Shown: piece by piece, positions 47,938 to 61,800 of the stretch | Numbering within the stretch: the stretch's first letter is position 1 | Layout of the letters: every line of letters starts with the position of its first letter | Assembly: GCA_964035545.1 (NCBI GenBank) | Contig: OZ037765.1 | Coordinates: 2,294,001-2,358,000 of the forward strand | DNA from: Bugula neritina | Lineage: Eukaryota; Animalia; Bryozoa | DNA: 64,000 nucleotides | Reading direction: 5' to 3' | Position numbers and translations under genes: made by a program | Notes under the pieces: generated by a model | Seen by the model: only the letters and a program-made list of their open reading frames with translations | What the model was told of the DNA's origin: nothing | Database searches by the model: none

Positions 47938-50900
47938 ATGGCTACTATTGCTCAGAAAGATGATGTGAGTGAAACTTCAGAGGTAAAGAACGGTTTAGTT
48001 ATAGGCTAGCATATCCTTATTAAGTGTCCTGTTGAAAGCATCAGTAACAGGCATTAAGTTGAATAGTTGAAAAATTGTCATGTTTTACTTGAGTTACTTT
48101 GTAGAAAATTTATTTAGTGTTTTATTATTTAGTGTGGAATTTGTTTAGATATCTTTCAAAAATTGTTCTTAGAGTTCCTATTTGATGCTAAGAAATTTCA
48201 AGTATCTTTTGATCAAAACTAATTGCATGATGACAATGTAGTATAACTATATAATAATTAATATAGTATATACTAATATAATTCAAGTAAACTTTTACAG
48301 CTGGTCAGATCTCATCTCAACTCCGTAAACACAATTTTACTACAAAAAAAGTCTACTTCTGAGTTACTAAGGCTGGTAAGTTTTACAGGATAATGGTTGG
48401 TCATATTCAAGTTGTTGGTGATATATTATATATCCCATATATTATAATCCTATCATAAACTTTCTCTGTTATTTGGGAGTTGTGTCCTTTAGCCAGAACT
48501 GTCTGTGCGCCGGCCCTTCACTATTCGAGTTGAAAATAAGATTATTAAAAAAGATCGACTCCCTTACACAACAGGAAATGAAAAAGAAACAAACTTTGCA
48601 AAAAATGACAAATCTAAGCCAAACAAAAGGAAACCCAAAAATACAAGGAAATTCATTGTTGGGACAACTCCGGAGAGTAAATTAAACAAGTAAGTATGAC
48701 TATGAATGCTCACTTTTTATAGCTTTTACAAGCTGTTGCTATTATTGCATGCATGAAGGCATCAGTATGCAGTCTATAGTAGTTCAGCCTAATCTATGGT
48801 GAATAAAGTGTAAATTTGAGTATTACTACCTAGACTGGGCCAAAAATTCACAAAATTGCAGCATCAGAATATTATGTGCATGATAGATAATAGTAGGGTA
48901 TGAGAGAGAGAATAATATGTTTTAAAGCAGAGCAAAAAATAAAGGTATAAAAATACAAAATAGAGATTGGAAGCTGTGCCTTTAGCGTAGAGAAGACTAA
49001 AGAAACGGGTGTTACATCATAGAAGAGAGTAATAGACCTAAAAGCATGAACAATGAGGTTATTGACAGCCTAGATTATAGCAAGCTTTTTGTAAGCATAT
49101 GAGAAAAACTAATAAAATATAATGAATAAATTCTTGTGACCATTCCATAATAATTATTATAGTGAGAGTTTCAATTCTGTTTTGAAATTTGTCTTTTTTT
49201 GCAAAAAGCATACATCACTAAGCTAAATAATCTACATTTGAAAACTTTTACGAGATAGCTCCAAGGCCTGAAAAAATAAGCGAGCTTAAACTATCAATGT
49301 AACTTATGTACTAAAATTTTAAATTTTTGTAAAGGAGTTACATGCATGTTCAAAACAAGCAAACTAAACTTATAGTCTACATTGAGTATAAAATCTCTAA
49401 ACTTGCTCTATATACTATTATCTTACTTTGATGTTGTGTGAATAATATAATGTAGATTTCAACATGTTGGTAACTACCCCAGGTCTTTCCTTGACAGTGG
49501 GCAAGCCAAAAGTGAATATAAGTTTATAAATAGATTGAATAAATCCTGTGAATTTGATGAGCCTCAGCACTACATTGACAACTGGAAGGTAATGTAGGTT
49601 CATTCATAGAGTTTCTTTTTTGTTTAATGTAACAACTCATACCCCATGTTTCATGTAAATTGAATCACATGACCTGCTAAGTTTTCAGAACTGCAGTTTG
49701 TTGTTCTGCTGCAGCCAAACGGTTACCATAGAGACCTGATTTTAACAGAATCTCAAAGAGCTCAAAAACTAAAAATTCAGCAACTAGAAAATGCCAGAGG
49801 TCCAGGATTTTATGGAATTCCCAAATTGAATAACACTTTGCTAAAAGGTGGGAGTTGCTTTCTCAATAAATATTCTGCTAGGAAATTATATGATACTTTA
49901 TACCAAACTAACTGATAAGCAGTAAAATGTTTCTATCATCACTTTTGATATTTAATAAACTAACTTTATGGTCAACTGAGAATCTATCTTTATCGCATTG
50001 TTTTTTCCACTACATGCGATATCTTTAGATCAAGTATAATTGTATTCAAGTACTCACCTTTATATGCATGAAGTCTGAGCATAAATAGGCTGAGTTCAAA
50101 GGTCAATCAGATCACAGTTTTTGCCTGCTTCTACTCAGCTAATAGTTTCAATGAATTTAGCTAACATAAACTTATTTATAACCTTAAATATTTGGACTCT
50201 CATGAAAAAAATAATACATTGCTTTTGAAAAAACATTACTATGTGAAAATTTGAGTTGTTTGTACAAAATATGTCAGCAAGCAAGAAGTATATTGTTGAA
50301 AATTATGAAAAGCTTTTTTGTCATCTTTTTACAAGAAAAAAACTTTAAATTACTAGTTGATGAATAATCACAACTTTGCAGTTTAAATACTATAATTCAT
50401 TAAAAGCCGCATGGTGATGAAAATATTAATTGAGGCTGTCCATACTTCATTATAATTAGTATGTTTTAGTCATGCTTTCATATATGTGTATATACATACT
50501 AACATATGCATGGGGTTTCATATTTTGACATATACTCCAGGCAGCTATATCCAGTTGAAGAGCAGAAGATTTGAAGATGACGCAAGACTGGAGCCAGTAA
50601 AGAGAGGACGACTTCACAGAAATCTCTTACAGCCGTCTTCCACTGTACCAGGTCCTGGCACTTATGAGGCTGAAAGCAGTCAGTCGTGTGAACATAGAGA
50701 AGGGAAGGAGTTATTCACTCTTGGTATGAACTGAGTCCAAAAAACTCTTACTCTAAAATCACTGATATTATTGTATGCAACAACAAAAACTTGTCAACAC
50801 TCAATGCTTAATAGTTTTTTCTCGTATTGCACTGATCAGTTGAAAAAGAAAGCAATTATAACTGAAGTCATGAAAAAATAATTAAATTATTAATGTGTGT

Positions 50901-52523
50901 TTCTCTGTTTGTAGCCCGAAGATATAACATCTCTACTCGTGTTATTGGGAGTGGTCTACCGCCCGGCACTCACTTTACAGATAGAGACAGTTTGGTAAAG
51001 AATCTCGATAAAAAAGTTGGTAACAAGGGTTGGTATAACTGCTTCACAACTAGTCGGTGGGATGCCCTAACCACTGGCTCTCCAAACTTCCAAGAAGCGG
51101 GGGCTAGCATGAACCCCCCACATCTTGGACCAGGTATGTTTCATTATAGTTCATCAGCAATTTGATGTATGTTTTAGTGGAGTAAAGTTGCTAAAAATAT
51201 CATTGCCATCAACACTAATATGTTGCATGATACTACATGAAGGTATATTATTGTTATAATAGCATAGGATTCTAACATGACTTCTTCTTCAGGTGTTTAC
51301 AATCCAAAGTATCAGTATCATGGTGACAAGGTGGACTTCAGACAGAAGCACAGTCTACAGCAGATGTCTTTTCTACCCCATCAGCCATTCAACACAAAGA
51401 GCTCAAACACACCAGGTAGAAATATCTAACATGTTATTATATGTCTATCGTGTTATATATTATAAAATCTACATTACAGTACTATAGACAAAGACTAATA
51501 TATTATATTATATACCGGATTGTCTTATACACAAAATGGAAAATTTTCAAGGTCCTGGATCCTACAACTTGCCATCACTTTTGCGGACAGTCTCACCGGA
51601 TTCCAGATTGTTCTCTCTCGGTGTGAATCATAATGACAAAGATTGCGTAACGGCTAAGGTACGATATATAATACTCCACACACCAACATTTATTTAATGT
51701 ATGCTAATAATTAGTTATGTACTCTAACTTTTTATTATCATAATATTATATGTTCACAGTTTACCATCTAAAGGTTATTGAAATTATTTGAAACTCATGA
51801 AATTTTCATATTCTTTATAGTTGGTTTAAACTTTAAATGTAAACAAAAAGTTATTTTATGGTTGTCAACATAATAATGCTTGTATGCAAAAAGAAAACTA
51901 CGCAGTTTACCACATCACATTGTAGACATCTATAAAAGCTAAGAAATGGAAGGAGAGGTTTGGATTTCTGAGTACAACCAAAAGACGGGACAAAGTCTGT
52001 GCAGAGAAATGGAGGTTGGAGACTGGTGACCCGTTCCAAGGACCAGCCAGGTCGGTTTCCTCTCATTTAGTTATTGTTATACAGACTCAAAGAGTTATAC
52101 ATTATGTAACATAACTTATAGCACCACGATTTTTATTTATAGAGTAACAGTTAATAACAGTTATGATATTGCTCTAACCGGTTAATGATATACAAACTGA
52201 TTCAAATCTACAAATTATTTTTATTGAAGTCATTAGCAAACTACAGTATCAATCAGCAGCAAACTAATATCTGGCACAGCAATACCTATCACTTAATACA
52301 TTATAGATATAACAGCACAAAGTACGATATTGCTATGAAGCACCAAGGTGAAGGTCAGGGCTGTCACAGCATATTTCAATCCCAGACTCCTCAGTTTCGA
52401 ATCTACGAAGAGAAAAACCCGCTGGAGCAGATTATAGAGAGGAACAAGAAAATTCTCCTCAGGAACCGAGAGAGACTGCGTAGACACCACAGTCGTCATG
52501 TGGGTGTGTCCAAGATACACTGA
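47938..52523 (+). CDS. PGPG-Y (SHIPPO-like) repeat ciliary microtubule-associated protein, CIMAP2/LEXM-like
   Basis: Approximate exons 47938-47982, 48301-48375, 48493-48689, 49456-49588, 49715-49847, 50541-50723, 50915-51133, 51293-51415, 51552-51658, 51926-52050, 52307-52523, with consistent phases. Repeats RGPGFY, VPGPGTY, LGPGVY, TPGPGSY. The LEXM resemblance (GWYNCFTTSR, GCHSIFQSQTP) is from memory. Confidence 0.7.
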
Positions 52524-53171
52524 TGGTACATAGACACGTTAAAGATGTTTGTGTGCAGAGAGATACAAATACAGACGTCTGTGTTTGCATGAATGAATTC
52601 CATAGAAGTTCACACACCAAGCACTTTGTCAATTATAATATTGAGAAACATTGGGCTCGTTTTTAGACATGTATATTATATTATATTGTGTAAAAATGTA
52701 CACAAGTTATGATAAAAACACCATCTCTATTTTCTTTATAAGGTATGACACTGGAATCAGTAAACATATGAAGTTGCGTACAACGTAAAGGAAGATACAT
52801 ATAAATAGTTTCAACGTATGAAAAATGATAGCTTCAAGTCTAAATTTCCTGGATTAAAATATAGCGCACTCATTTTCAACATTTCTCATAATTAGACAGT
52901 CAACAGTTGAAACTGTGAAACTACAGATAGCAGCACAAAACCTGAAGACTGGCAATAAGTTAAATTTTGAAAACATTACATAGTCGGAATAGAGAGATGT
53001 AACAGGTAGTTTCAAGTACTATCAATACAGTAACAAAATAGCAGAGGTGTTTCAATAACTAACAGCATAGTATGCTAATAGCTAGAGTGATAATTCCCAT
53101 ACAGTATACCAGCGTATATTACACTAATTGTTGCTCTAAAGACATAGTGATGGAATCATATAGAAAGTGTA

Positions 53172-56100
53172 TTAGTTGGTTCTTAGTTGATAGTCTCCGT
53201 TCTGCGTGATGTACCTGACCCAAGGTAGGGCTTGGTAACCGCTCTTCTCAATAATCTTCAGGTAACGAACCTGTAACAACACAAGGCTATAAAGCAACAG
53301 AAGGTATTAAAGCATCACCTGATAATAATATCAATCAGGTACTCTGAAACTATGTACTGATAACAATTGGGGGTGTTATTATGTAAGATGCAGAAATAAT
53401 TTTACGTCATACTGGCTGTCTGAGGACACAATGGACTACTCTAGTGAAGGACATAAACTGTGGGGCAGACAACTTTTGCAGGAGTAAAATACAGTACAGA
53501 ACTACTAGTTTGCAAGAATTCTGTAGTGGGAAACTATGTACATTCTATTGACAAAACTGTGTATAACTGTTGATACAGGTATTGGTGATTTTTATAACCC
53601 GATCATAAAATACTTTTATTCAATAATAAAAATATGAAATAAAACTATATATGCATATAAATATATTATAATTCATTAATGGCTATACATGATAATAATA
53701 TACATGTCTAATTCACCAAACTTCTAAACAAGCACACATACACATATGCTTCATCTAAATAATTCCTATGAAATCACATCTTAACTGGAACACACCTGAA
53801 TTCCTGAAACGGTGAAGTAAGGAATTTCAAACTTGACTTGAATAGGAGGTTTACCCTCCAGATCCTCTGAGTCTATGGTGGGCAGACCAAAGTGAGCTCT
53901 CATCAGGAACTCCTTACCACCCTGTAACCATGACGACACTCGGTAACTATGGTGATAATGTGTAACTATGGTGACACTCGGTAACTATGACAATAATGTG
54001 TGACTATGGTGACACTTGGTAACTATGGTGATAATGTGTAACCGTGGTGATAATGTGTAACCATAACAACACTTGGTAACTAAGGCGACAATGTGTAACT
54101 ATGGTGACACTTGGTAACTATGGTAATAAGGTGTGACTATGGTGGCAAGAAATAACTATGGAGACAAGAGGCAGATATGAAAACGTGCAACAATGGCAAC
54201 CCATGGTAACTATGGTGACCAGGTATAAACACAGACATCAATGGTGATTTAGAGACATTCTACTCCTGCAGATCTTTTACCAGCGGGAAAAACACTTTTA
54301 AAAGCATATTAGGAAACTAGAGATAAAGAAAGTGTCTTGAAACCTCTCAACTGCTATGAAATATAAGAACTAATACAAGTCACGTAATGTAGCAGGTGAA
54401 TATATCTCAGCCTAAACATTATGAATCAGGTTTATGTGAACATCATGTGACACTCACTGGGAATGACTTGATAGTCCAGATGACCGTGCTGTTCTCCGGC
54501 ACCCATTTACAGGATCCTACGGTAGTCCTGAACTTGGGGGAGTCGGCGTCGTTTGGTACGGGGATTATGATCTCCACGTTGTTTGCTGTAGATCTCCTCT
54601 TGAACTGACTCTTAGCCTGTTGATTACCAAAGCTACTATAGTTATTGGAGCTACTATAGTGATTTTAGGAATTTAGGAAATGAATATTAAAAATGAAAAT
54701 AGAAAAAGCAAGACAAGATATCATGAGAATATGGAGATCTAACCTTAATCATGTATTCAACCCTGCTGTGGGCGTGTCTCTCAATGATAGACTCCACCCA
54801 TATCAATGGCTTTACCTAAATAGAAAAGCAGATGAAGTAACTTTGAAAGGTGATCAAAATCTATTTAAATAAAAAATTGGTTGAAAGGAACAAGCAATTA
54901 ATAGGAGATTGGAAGAGTAGAGAAACAAAGATAACAAATATATAAATCTACTAAAAGAATGAGAAGTGAAACCTACGTGGGTGCTGAGACGGTAGGACAT
55001 GAGTTCAAACTCGCCATCGGGAGGTATAAAAGAGATAGTTCTGTCGTTCTCAAAACGAGACAAACGGACACATTGGTGGAATTTTGTGTCTTCCAACTCG
55101 ACAGATTTGCTCTTTCCTCCTACAATGTTTCACAAATCACGAGTGACTCACTTCACAATAAGAAAGTCCAACTTAGTGCGCTATTAACAACAATATAACA
55201 TAATGTCTGTACACTAGTACAGGAGTTTAGTTGAAGTGGCCAAAGACTTACAATTTAAGAGCCTATACTAAAAGTTTGCAGCTGTGAACACAACAGATTA
55301 CACAAGAGCAAGGTAGGATGACTCCTGCAGAGTGGCACAAAAATAAGCGACATTACACTCTGAAAAGTTTCAACCTTAGTAAACCACTGCTAATCTGTGA
55401 AGAGAAATAAACAAGCAAGGGAGACAACTCACTTCCTGTGTGTTCAAACAGCACCTTGTCATTCAGTCCTAGCCTCAGCTCCGGCATACCGCTTAAAAAC
55501 ACCCTCATTTTGATAGCACCGACTATTTCACTTCTGAGCACATTTCCATTACTACTGACCTGCGGGATGAACATAGGTCTATAAATAGCTGATTAATAAT
55601 CTATAAATAACTGACTGAAAATCTATAAAGAAGTACATATTGAGCTGACTAACAACACAAATGCCGAAACACGAGACAAACAATGTAGTTGGTTTTATTT
55701 ATACAAGTACTTTTGATCAGTTGCAAGTGTTTACAATTTGAAATATAACGAAATCATCATAGAAATTAGTTTGTCAATTTAAAATACAAACTTCAATCAC
55801 GAAGGTACAAAAATTCAAACGTCTATAAACATACAATAAGAATACAAAACCTACAACAACAATCAAACTTAATAAACGTGTAACCTACTTGATCTTGACT
55901 TCAATACTTAGAAGCTACCAACCAGTAAGTTGACGGATTCAATGACGTCCAAGAAGACCTCATTCTTCCTGTGTTTGATTCCCTCGGAGCGCCACGACAC
56001 GGCGTTGGTGACTGCCATGGGTGGGCGTGGGGCCACCTCCAGTTTCTGTCCCTCTTGAGTAATGTACCTAAATACAGATTCATGTATCTAAATATAGATT

Positions 56101-57366
56101 AATGCACCTAAATATAGATTTATGTACTTATATATAGAATAATGCACCTAAATATAGATTTATGTACTTGAGTATAAAGCAATATACTTAAGTATAAAAG
56201 AACATACTTGGTATAAAGGAACATAATTGGGTAATACATCTGAGCATAGAGTGTAATAATTTGTTATTTTTGCCCTACACTCTCACTACGATAAATTGTA
56301 ACGAATAAACTATTTTTAAATGCTATCATCACATGATGGGTTTGTTTACACTTGTTATGCTATAGCAAATTAAGTAAAGGGAGTACATGATCAATAAACT
56401 AAAGTAAGTACACATGTATTGAAATAAGTACACATGTACTAAAGTAAGTACGCATGTACTAAAGTAAGTACACATGTACTACAGCAAGTACAGACTTACT
56501 CTTGTAATATCTGACTGTCAGTGGTCTGGGGGAGTCCAAAGTCCATCACCTCGTCTAGTAACTCATAAACCAACACAAAGTTATCCTTTATACTCTCCTC
56601 TTCCAACTCTTTGAAGTACTCAACAAATATCTGCAGACAAACACATCGTCAGTATTCAAACTAATCTCTCTGGCTGGCCTAACTCTGTAGTAAAACTGTG
56701 AACACATTGAGTATTAAGTACTTGGGTACTTACGTTGGCAAGTTTGTGCAAAAACTGAAGAACCAATCCCACATTAGCGTTTCTTCTAGTTGTTGCAACC
56801 ACTGATATGCAGTTAAGATAGAATATTTCTTACAATTCAAAATTATTTCCTGTTTCATTATTTGAGAAAAAATTATAAACGATAATTGTAAATCAGATGA
56901 CTAAAGTACATTACAGATTTAAACTTGAAATATAAATTCTATTCATCTAAATATATAAAAACTTGATGCTAAGTTTTAATTAATAAGGAAAGGATACAGT
57001 AAACATTATTATGTTTGATATAGGCGAATGTGACACCCTCAGTTTGAATAACGGGAGTTGTATTATTTTCTTCTTCTCGCTCTAGCAATAGACTATTAAA
57101 CTTATCTATGACATTAGTCTCCAGGTCACCTTTGTAGTTTCTGGATATAAGAACCTGGTGAGAAACATTCAAAATGATGCCTTGAATTATTTTTTAAATA
57201 AAAATAATAGGTGCTTGATAAGTCTTTTTTGGACCCCATTAATTAGACATTTTCTCCTACAAAAAGGCTATTCCTGCTGTATCAAATATTTCTACACACA
57301 CATAAAATAATTAGACAAACTTACCTTGCCCTTCAGGTCTAAGATGTAAACTGCTGATGCAGTCAT
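53172..57366 (-). CDS. AP1M1: AP-1 complex subunit mu-1
   Basis: 11 exons from 57366-57325 to ~53270-53172. Motifs [100 protein letters not shown]. Confidence 0.96.
53921..54220. repeat. ~19-bp minisatellite starting at an AP1M1 acceptor
   Basis: GTAACTATGGTGA(C/T)A.. units; the first copy overlaps the acceptor (minus CATGGTTACAG|G). Confidence 0.8.
56061..56200. repeat. 20-bp minisatellite whose unit spans an AP1M1 acceptor
   Basis: AATG(T/C)ACCTAAATA(C/T)AGATT units, read on minus as ATCTATATTTAG|GT(A/G)CATT. Confidence 0.8.
56400..56499. repeat. 20-bp minisatellite next to an AP1M1 donor
   Basis: AAAGTAAGTACACATGTACT units. Confidence 0.8.
56802..56997 (-). other. U12-type GT-AG intron of AP1M1
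   Basis: 5' splice site GTATCCTTTC and branch-like TCTTAAC ~10 nt before the AG. Confidence 0.85.
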
Positions 57367-58825
57367 TTTCCAGCATTAACCTAAAACTGACAAAAGTATA
57401 AAATAAAAGAATATGAAATAATGCATAACATAGATAAACACCAGTTTTTAAAATGAGCTATTGAAAATATTATTGCCAAAGTCTTTGCATTGATAAATAT
57501 TCCTACTGGAATGACCAATCATGTTCTTTTTGTCTTGATGAAAAATCTTTATTTTCTGCGAGCATAAATGTATCAATATAAAAAACTTGGTTTTAAATGT
57601 GATTTACTAAACAAAAACAGTAGCATTTTTGAGATTATGAAGCTGGATGATTATATATTTTTACTTTTATGTTTTTAATCTGCTAGGCTTACTACTAAAA
57701 TATTTAAACTGATAACAATATGAATATCATTATTTACATTAATATATCACCAAAAATCCTAAACCTTATTATTAGCATTACGATTGTCACTGATTGTGAA
57801 CGAGACGATTAGATTAAGCTAAAATATTTGAAATTGAAATTCAACTTAAAGTTTGATTTTAATGTGAAATATCACTAAAAGTATAACAAGTTTTATTTAA
57901 TTTCATATTGCTTATAAAATAAAGTAAAACTCCGATTACAAGCGAAACCGAAGATCAAAACAAGAAATCAAGAGTACAACTACAATTAAGAAAATGATCA
58001 TTATGCCTCAAGTTTACCGGCTTAACTCACAAATTTTAATTTACCCATAAATATAACTATCACTTTAGGACAAACTTTGAGTTTGATTTTATAATACTCA
58101 TACTGATAGTGATTGGCTCCAAGTCTGAACATTTGAATAATTTTAAGATGAAGAATCATTATGATTATCAGAATCAAAATGAAAATGAGCATGTATGATG
58201 ATGATTATGACAATTTATTATGATGTATTACAAGGACTTTATGTATAACTATGTCTTAGTTTATTAATATTTCAATGTGTAATTCAGTCTCAGTAGAACT
58301 AAATGCAAATGACTAAACCGGTAACTGCAATTATTCAATACTTATACTAATAGTAATACTAATTAGTAATTAGCAATTGCTGTATTGCATAATGATAATG
58401 ATAATCATAATGTCAATGATTATGATATTGATAATATTAATAATAATTATTAATATTAATTATTTAATATCAATTTGACAATATGTTAATCATTATCAAT
58501 ATCATAATCATATTGATAATCATAATGATAATGTAAATGCTATTGATAGGACAAAAACTAACAACCAATCATATATAGTCTCGCAGTGAAAATATTAATT
58601 GATATAATAATGTATACTTACAGGCTTTTAGATACTTTCTTTCAGATTTTACCTTTTTAACTTCCACCTACTAAATTATAGACTTGTTAAAGTTACAGGC
58701 GCAAGCAGCAGTCTAGAAATGTGCTTTACTTAGTTAAAATTACCTGTAATCGGGCTGTTTTTAGCTAATGTTGTCATACTTTTACGCACGCGTAATCAAC
58801 TCACCTTGACCTTTTATTTTCCATT

Positions 58826-61800
58826 ATGGATGCCACCTTGGGGTAAGTTATAAAAAGTTAACCCTACAAAGTCTTTTGTTTCAAATCTTCAATGATTGTG
58901 CAATAACTAATAACTGGCGTCAAATTTTATATTTAGGCATGTAGGTTATCCCACTATGCTGTATGAGTGTATAAGTAAAATTATGCTTTAATAAACGCCG
59001 TTCGTGCTGCGGTTGCCCTGAACTCTCAGGCTCAGCTCTGAAAGTAAAAGTTTTCTTTGACAACTCTGACTCACTCACACTGACACTCACTGTAACTGTC
59101 TGTGTCACTCGCATTCACTCTCAGTATTAGTTTGAGGTTGAATATGATTTCTCTAAGGATAAGGCTAGCTTTAGGTAGTCCTTACACAGTTACAGTTAGT
59201 GTTACTAATACAGTAATAGCAAAAAGTGAAAATGTAGAGACGGATGGAGATTTTTGATTTAAACCAAAATGAAAACCATACTCATTGTCGCACCAACAGA
59301 CTGCTATGATGATGATGACTAAGGGCAATACTTAAAGTTATATTGTTAAACTTAAAGTTAATGTTACTGGCAGCCATACTCGATCTCATAGTGATGCTCT
59401 GATAGCTTATTACTATTAGGGTACCTGTCGTTTCGTACACAAAATGGTCGGTATGTACACAAACTGCTATACACAAAATGAATAATAAATTAACCCCAAG
59501 CCCTAGTAATAAATAAATATAAAAAATGCGTATTATAGTTAATTTATGTTGAATTTGATGCGTAGGAAACGACCTGAAAAAGTGGGTACGGAATGACCTG
59601 CACTCTAATAGTATAATATATTGATCATTCAAATTTAAAATTAATGTGAGAATGAGAGTAAATGTACTAATACAATTATTATTTAGTCACTAAAAGTCGA
59701 AGGAAACCTATTAATAGTATTAGTAATAAAGAAAGTGTCTCAAGTTTGCTTATACCTTGGAGTCTGAAATAATTATCATTGCATTGGTATAATTATACTC
59801 ATCGTGATTGCCATAATCATATTGTTTAAGTTTTGCTAATACTAATAGTCATATCGAAGCTTTAAACCATGGCCGCGCTGTTGAGTGAAAGTATAGTAGC
59901 AATCCTTGTGACAGTTATAATCACAGACATGGTCATACTGACTGTATGTGTAATGATCATGTTCATAATCATGGTTTCTTCAAATATAATAACAGCTTTA
60001 ACTTATCATATGCAATAACAATAGTAAATTTATCTGATGTACTGATTGATGCCGATGCTAAAGAAGTATCTTGTTTTAACTCAAGCTTTAGGCTAATTCT
60101 AAGTGCCAAAGTGTAGCATGTTCAATGGGTGATACTATAGTTACAGTTACTGCTTATTGCTAATCTGATTCTTCTCCAAGTACACGGATACACTAATAGA
60201 GTAACTCTTCTGCTATAGAAGCTATAGAATTTAAACTTACATTTTAACATAAGAATAATGGCTACGGAATGGTTTGAAAGCATTTCAATGGGATATGTAG
60301 CTGCTATTATTGGAAGTTGATTTATGATTAAAAGCTGTAGTAGAACCTAATTAATCTGGATTTTACTGTTTTATTTAATATGCAAGGGTTATGATACTCT
60401 GAAAATTGAGAAATACTAAAAATATAATTAATTGTTTATGAATGGTTTAACCATTTAATGATTTCATCACCAACTATAAACACAGTTGTATTTATACTGA
60501 TTCATATAGCGACAAGTATGTGTCCAGGAGTACTTACTGATAATATTATCACTGCATGGTTTCAGGGGCAGGCAGAGAAATTAAAAAACTATAAAGTTGA
60601 AATATTGACTATTGGCATACTTAGATTTCGTGGTATTTTAACGAGTACTGTTAGACTAGCAGTTAATAACAAGAACTAGTCTTCAACTTAACATTTGGTA
60701 CTAATAACTACTTCCTGTTGGATAACTGGCACTTCACTAAATCGAAATAATATTATTGTTTCTTGTTGTTATAATTTTGCTATGGAATGTGCACCCTAAG
60801 CAAACTTGTGAACTCTAAACAGAAAAGTAATAGTTGTGCTGAGATAATTTCTCACAAGTTTCAATCTGCATATCCAATTTTAGCTGTATATTTTATTGTT
60901 GAAACAGTTGTTTGAATCAACAATCATAAGGAAATAGAATAAATCAGGGATTTGGTGAATTTTTTTTCTACCTACTATTTTTACTTCTAGCTTTTAATTT
61001 CTAACTAAGCTTTCACAATAACTGAAATTTGCAATAGCTGACATTCACCGGTTTTCCATGTACCGATCTCAGATCGATCTTGCTGAGATCGATCCATGGA
61101 AAGACGCCAAAGATCGATCTCAGTCGTTCTGAGCTGGTCGGTCTGTAGAGCTCGAACTCAGATCGATCTCAATGCAATCAGACCATGGAAAGACGCCAGA
61201 TCGATCCGAGAAGTAGAAAAATGACTGCTCGCTAAAATGTTGTCTGCTAATAAAAATGATAACTTATTGTTAATTACTAAGCAAAGTACTTAATAATTAA
61301 GATAGCCACCTTTTTAAGTGGCAAAACTTTGACTTTCAGTAAAATGATGAGGAAAACTTAATTATGTAAAATTATGGACGGTAGAAGATACAAAAAGTGA
61401 GAGCACTTAAATTGAATTTAAACGACTTGTATAACGCACTGTCATTAGTTATTTGCTGCGTAATTTTAAGCCTAATAGTCCCGTAAGTTTATGAATAAGC
61501 TGCACAACAGCTATTAATTTTATATAAGCTGTCAAGCTACAATATTAAAATTAATTACATTAAATTGGCCAAATTACTTCATACTAAAAGCTCTACTGCG
61601 TAGAGTTTATAGCTGACGGTAAATTTTAGACTATGGAAATTTTGTTTTTCAACAGCAGTAGCTTTCATCACTCAGGTGGGTGAAAAAATTATGCTAATAA
61701 AGTAGTCTTTACCCAAGAGATCGATCTGAGATCGGTACATGGAAAGCCCGTGATTACAACTTGTATTTACCTGTGCAGGTTATAATGGGGTAGCCCATGT

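Noticed and set aside
49722-49735. X-box-like GTTACCATAGAGAC
   Set aside because: It lies inside a phase-consistent coding exon; a regulatory role cannot be supported from sequence alone.
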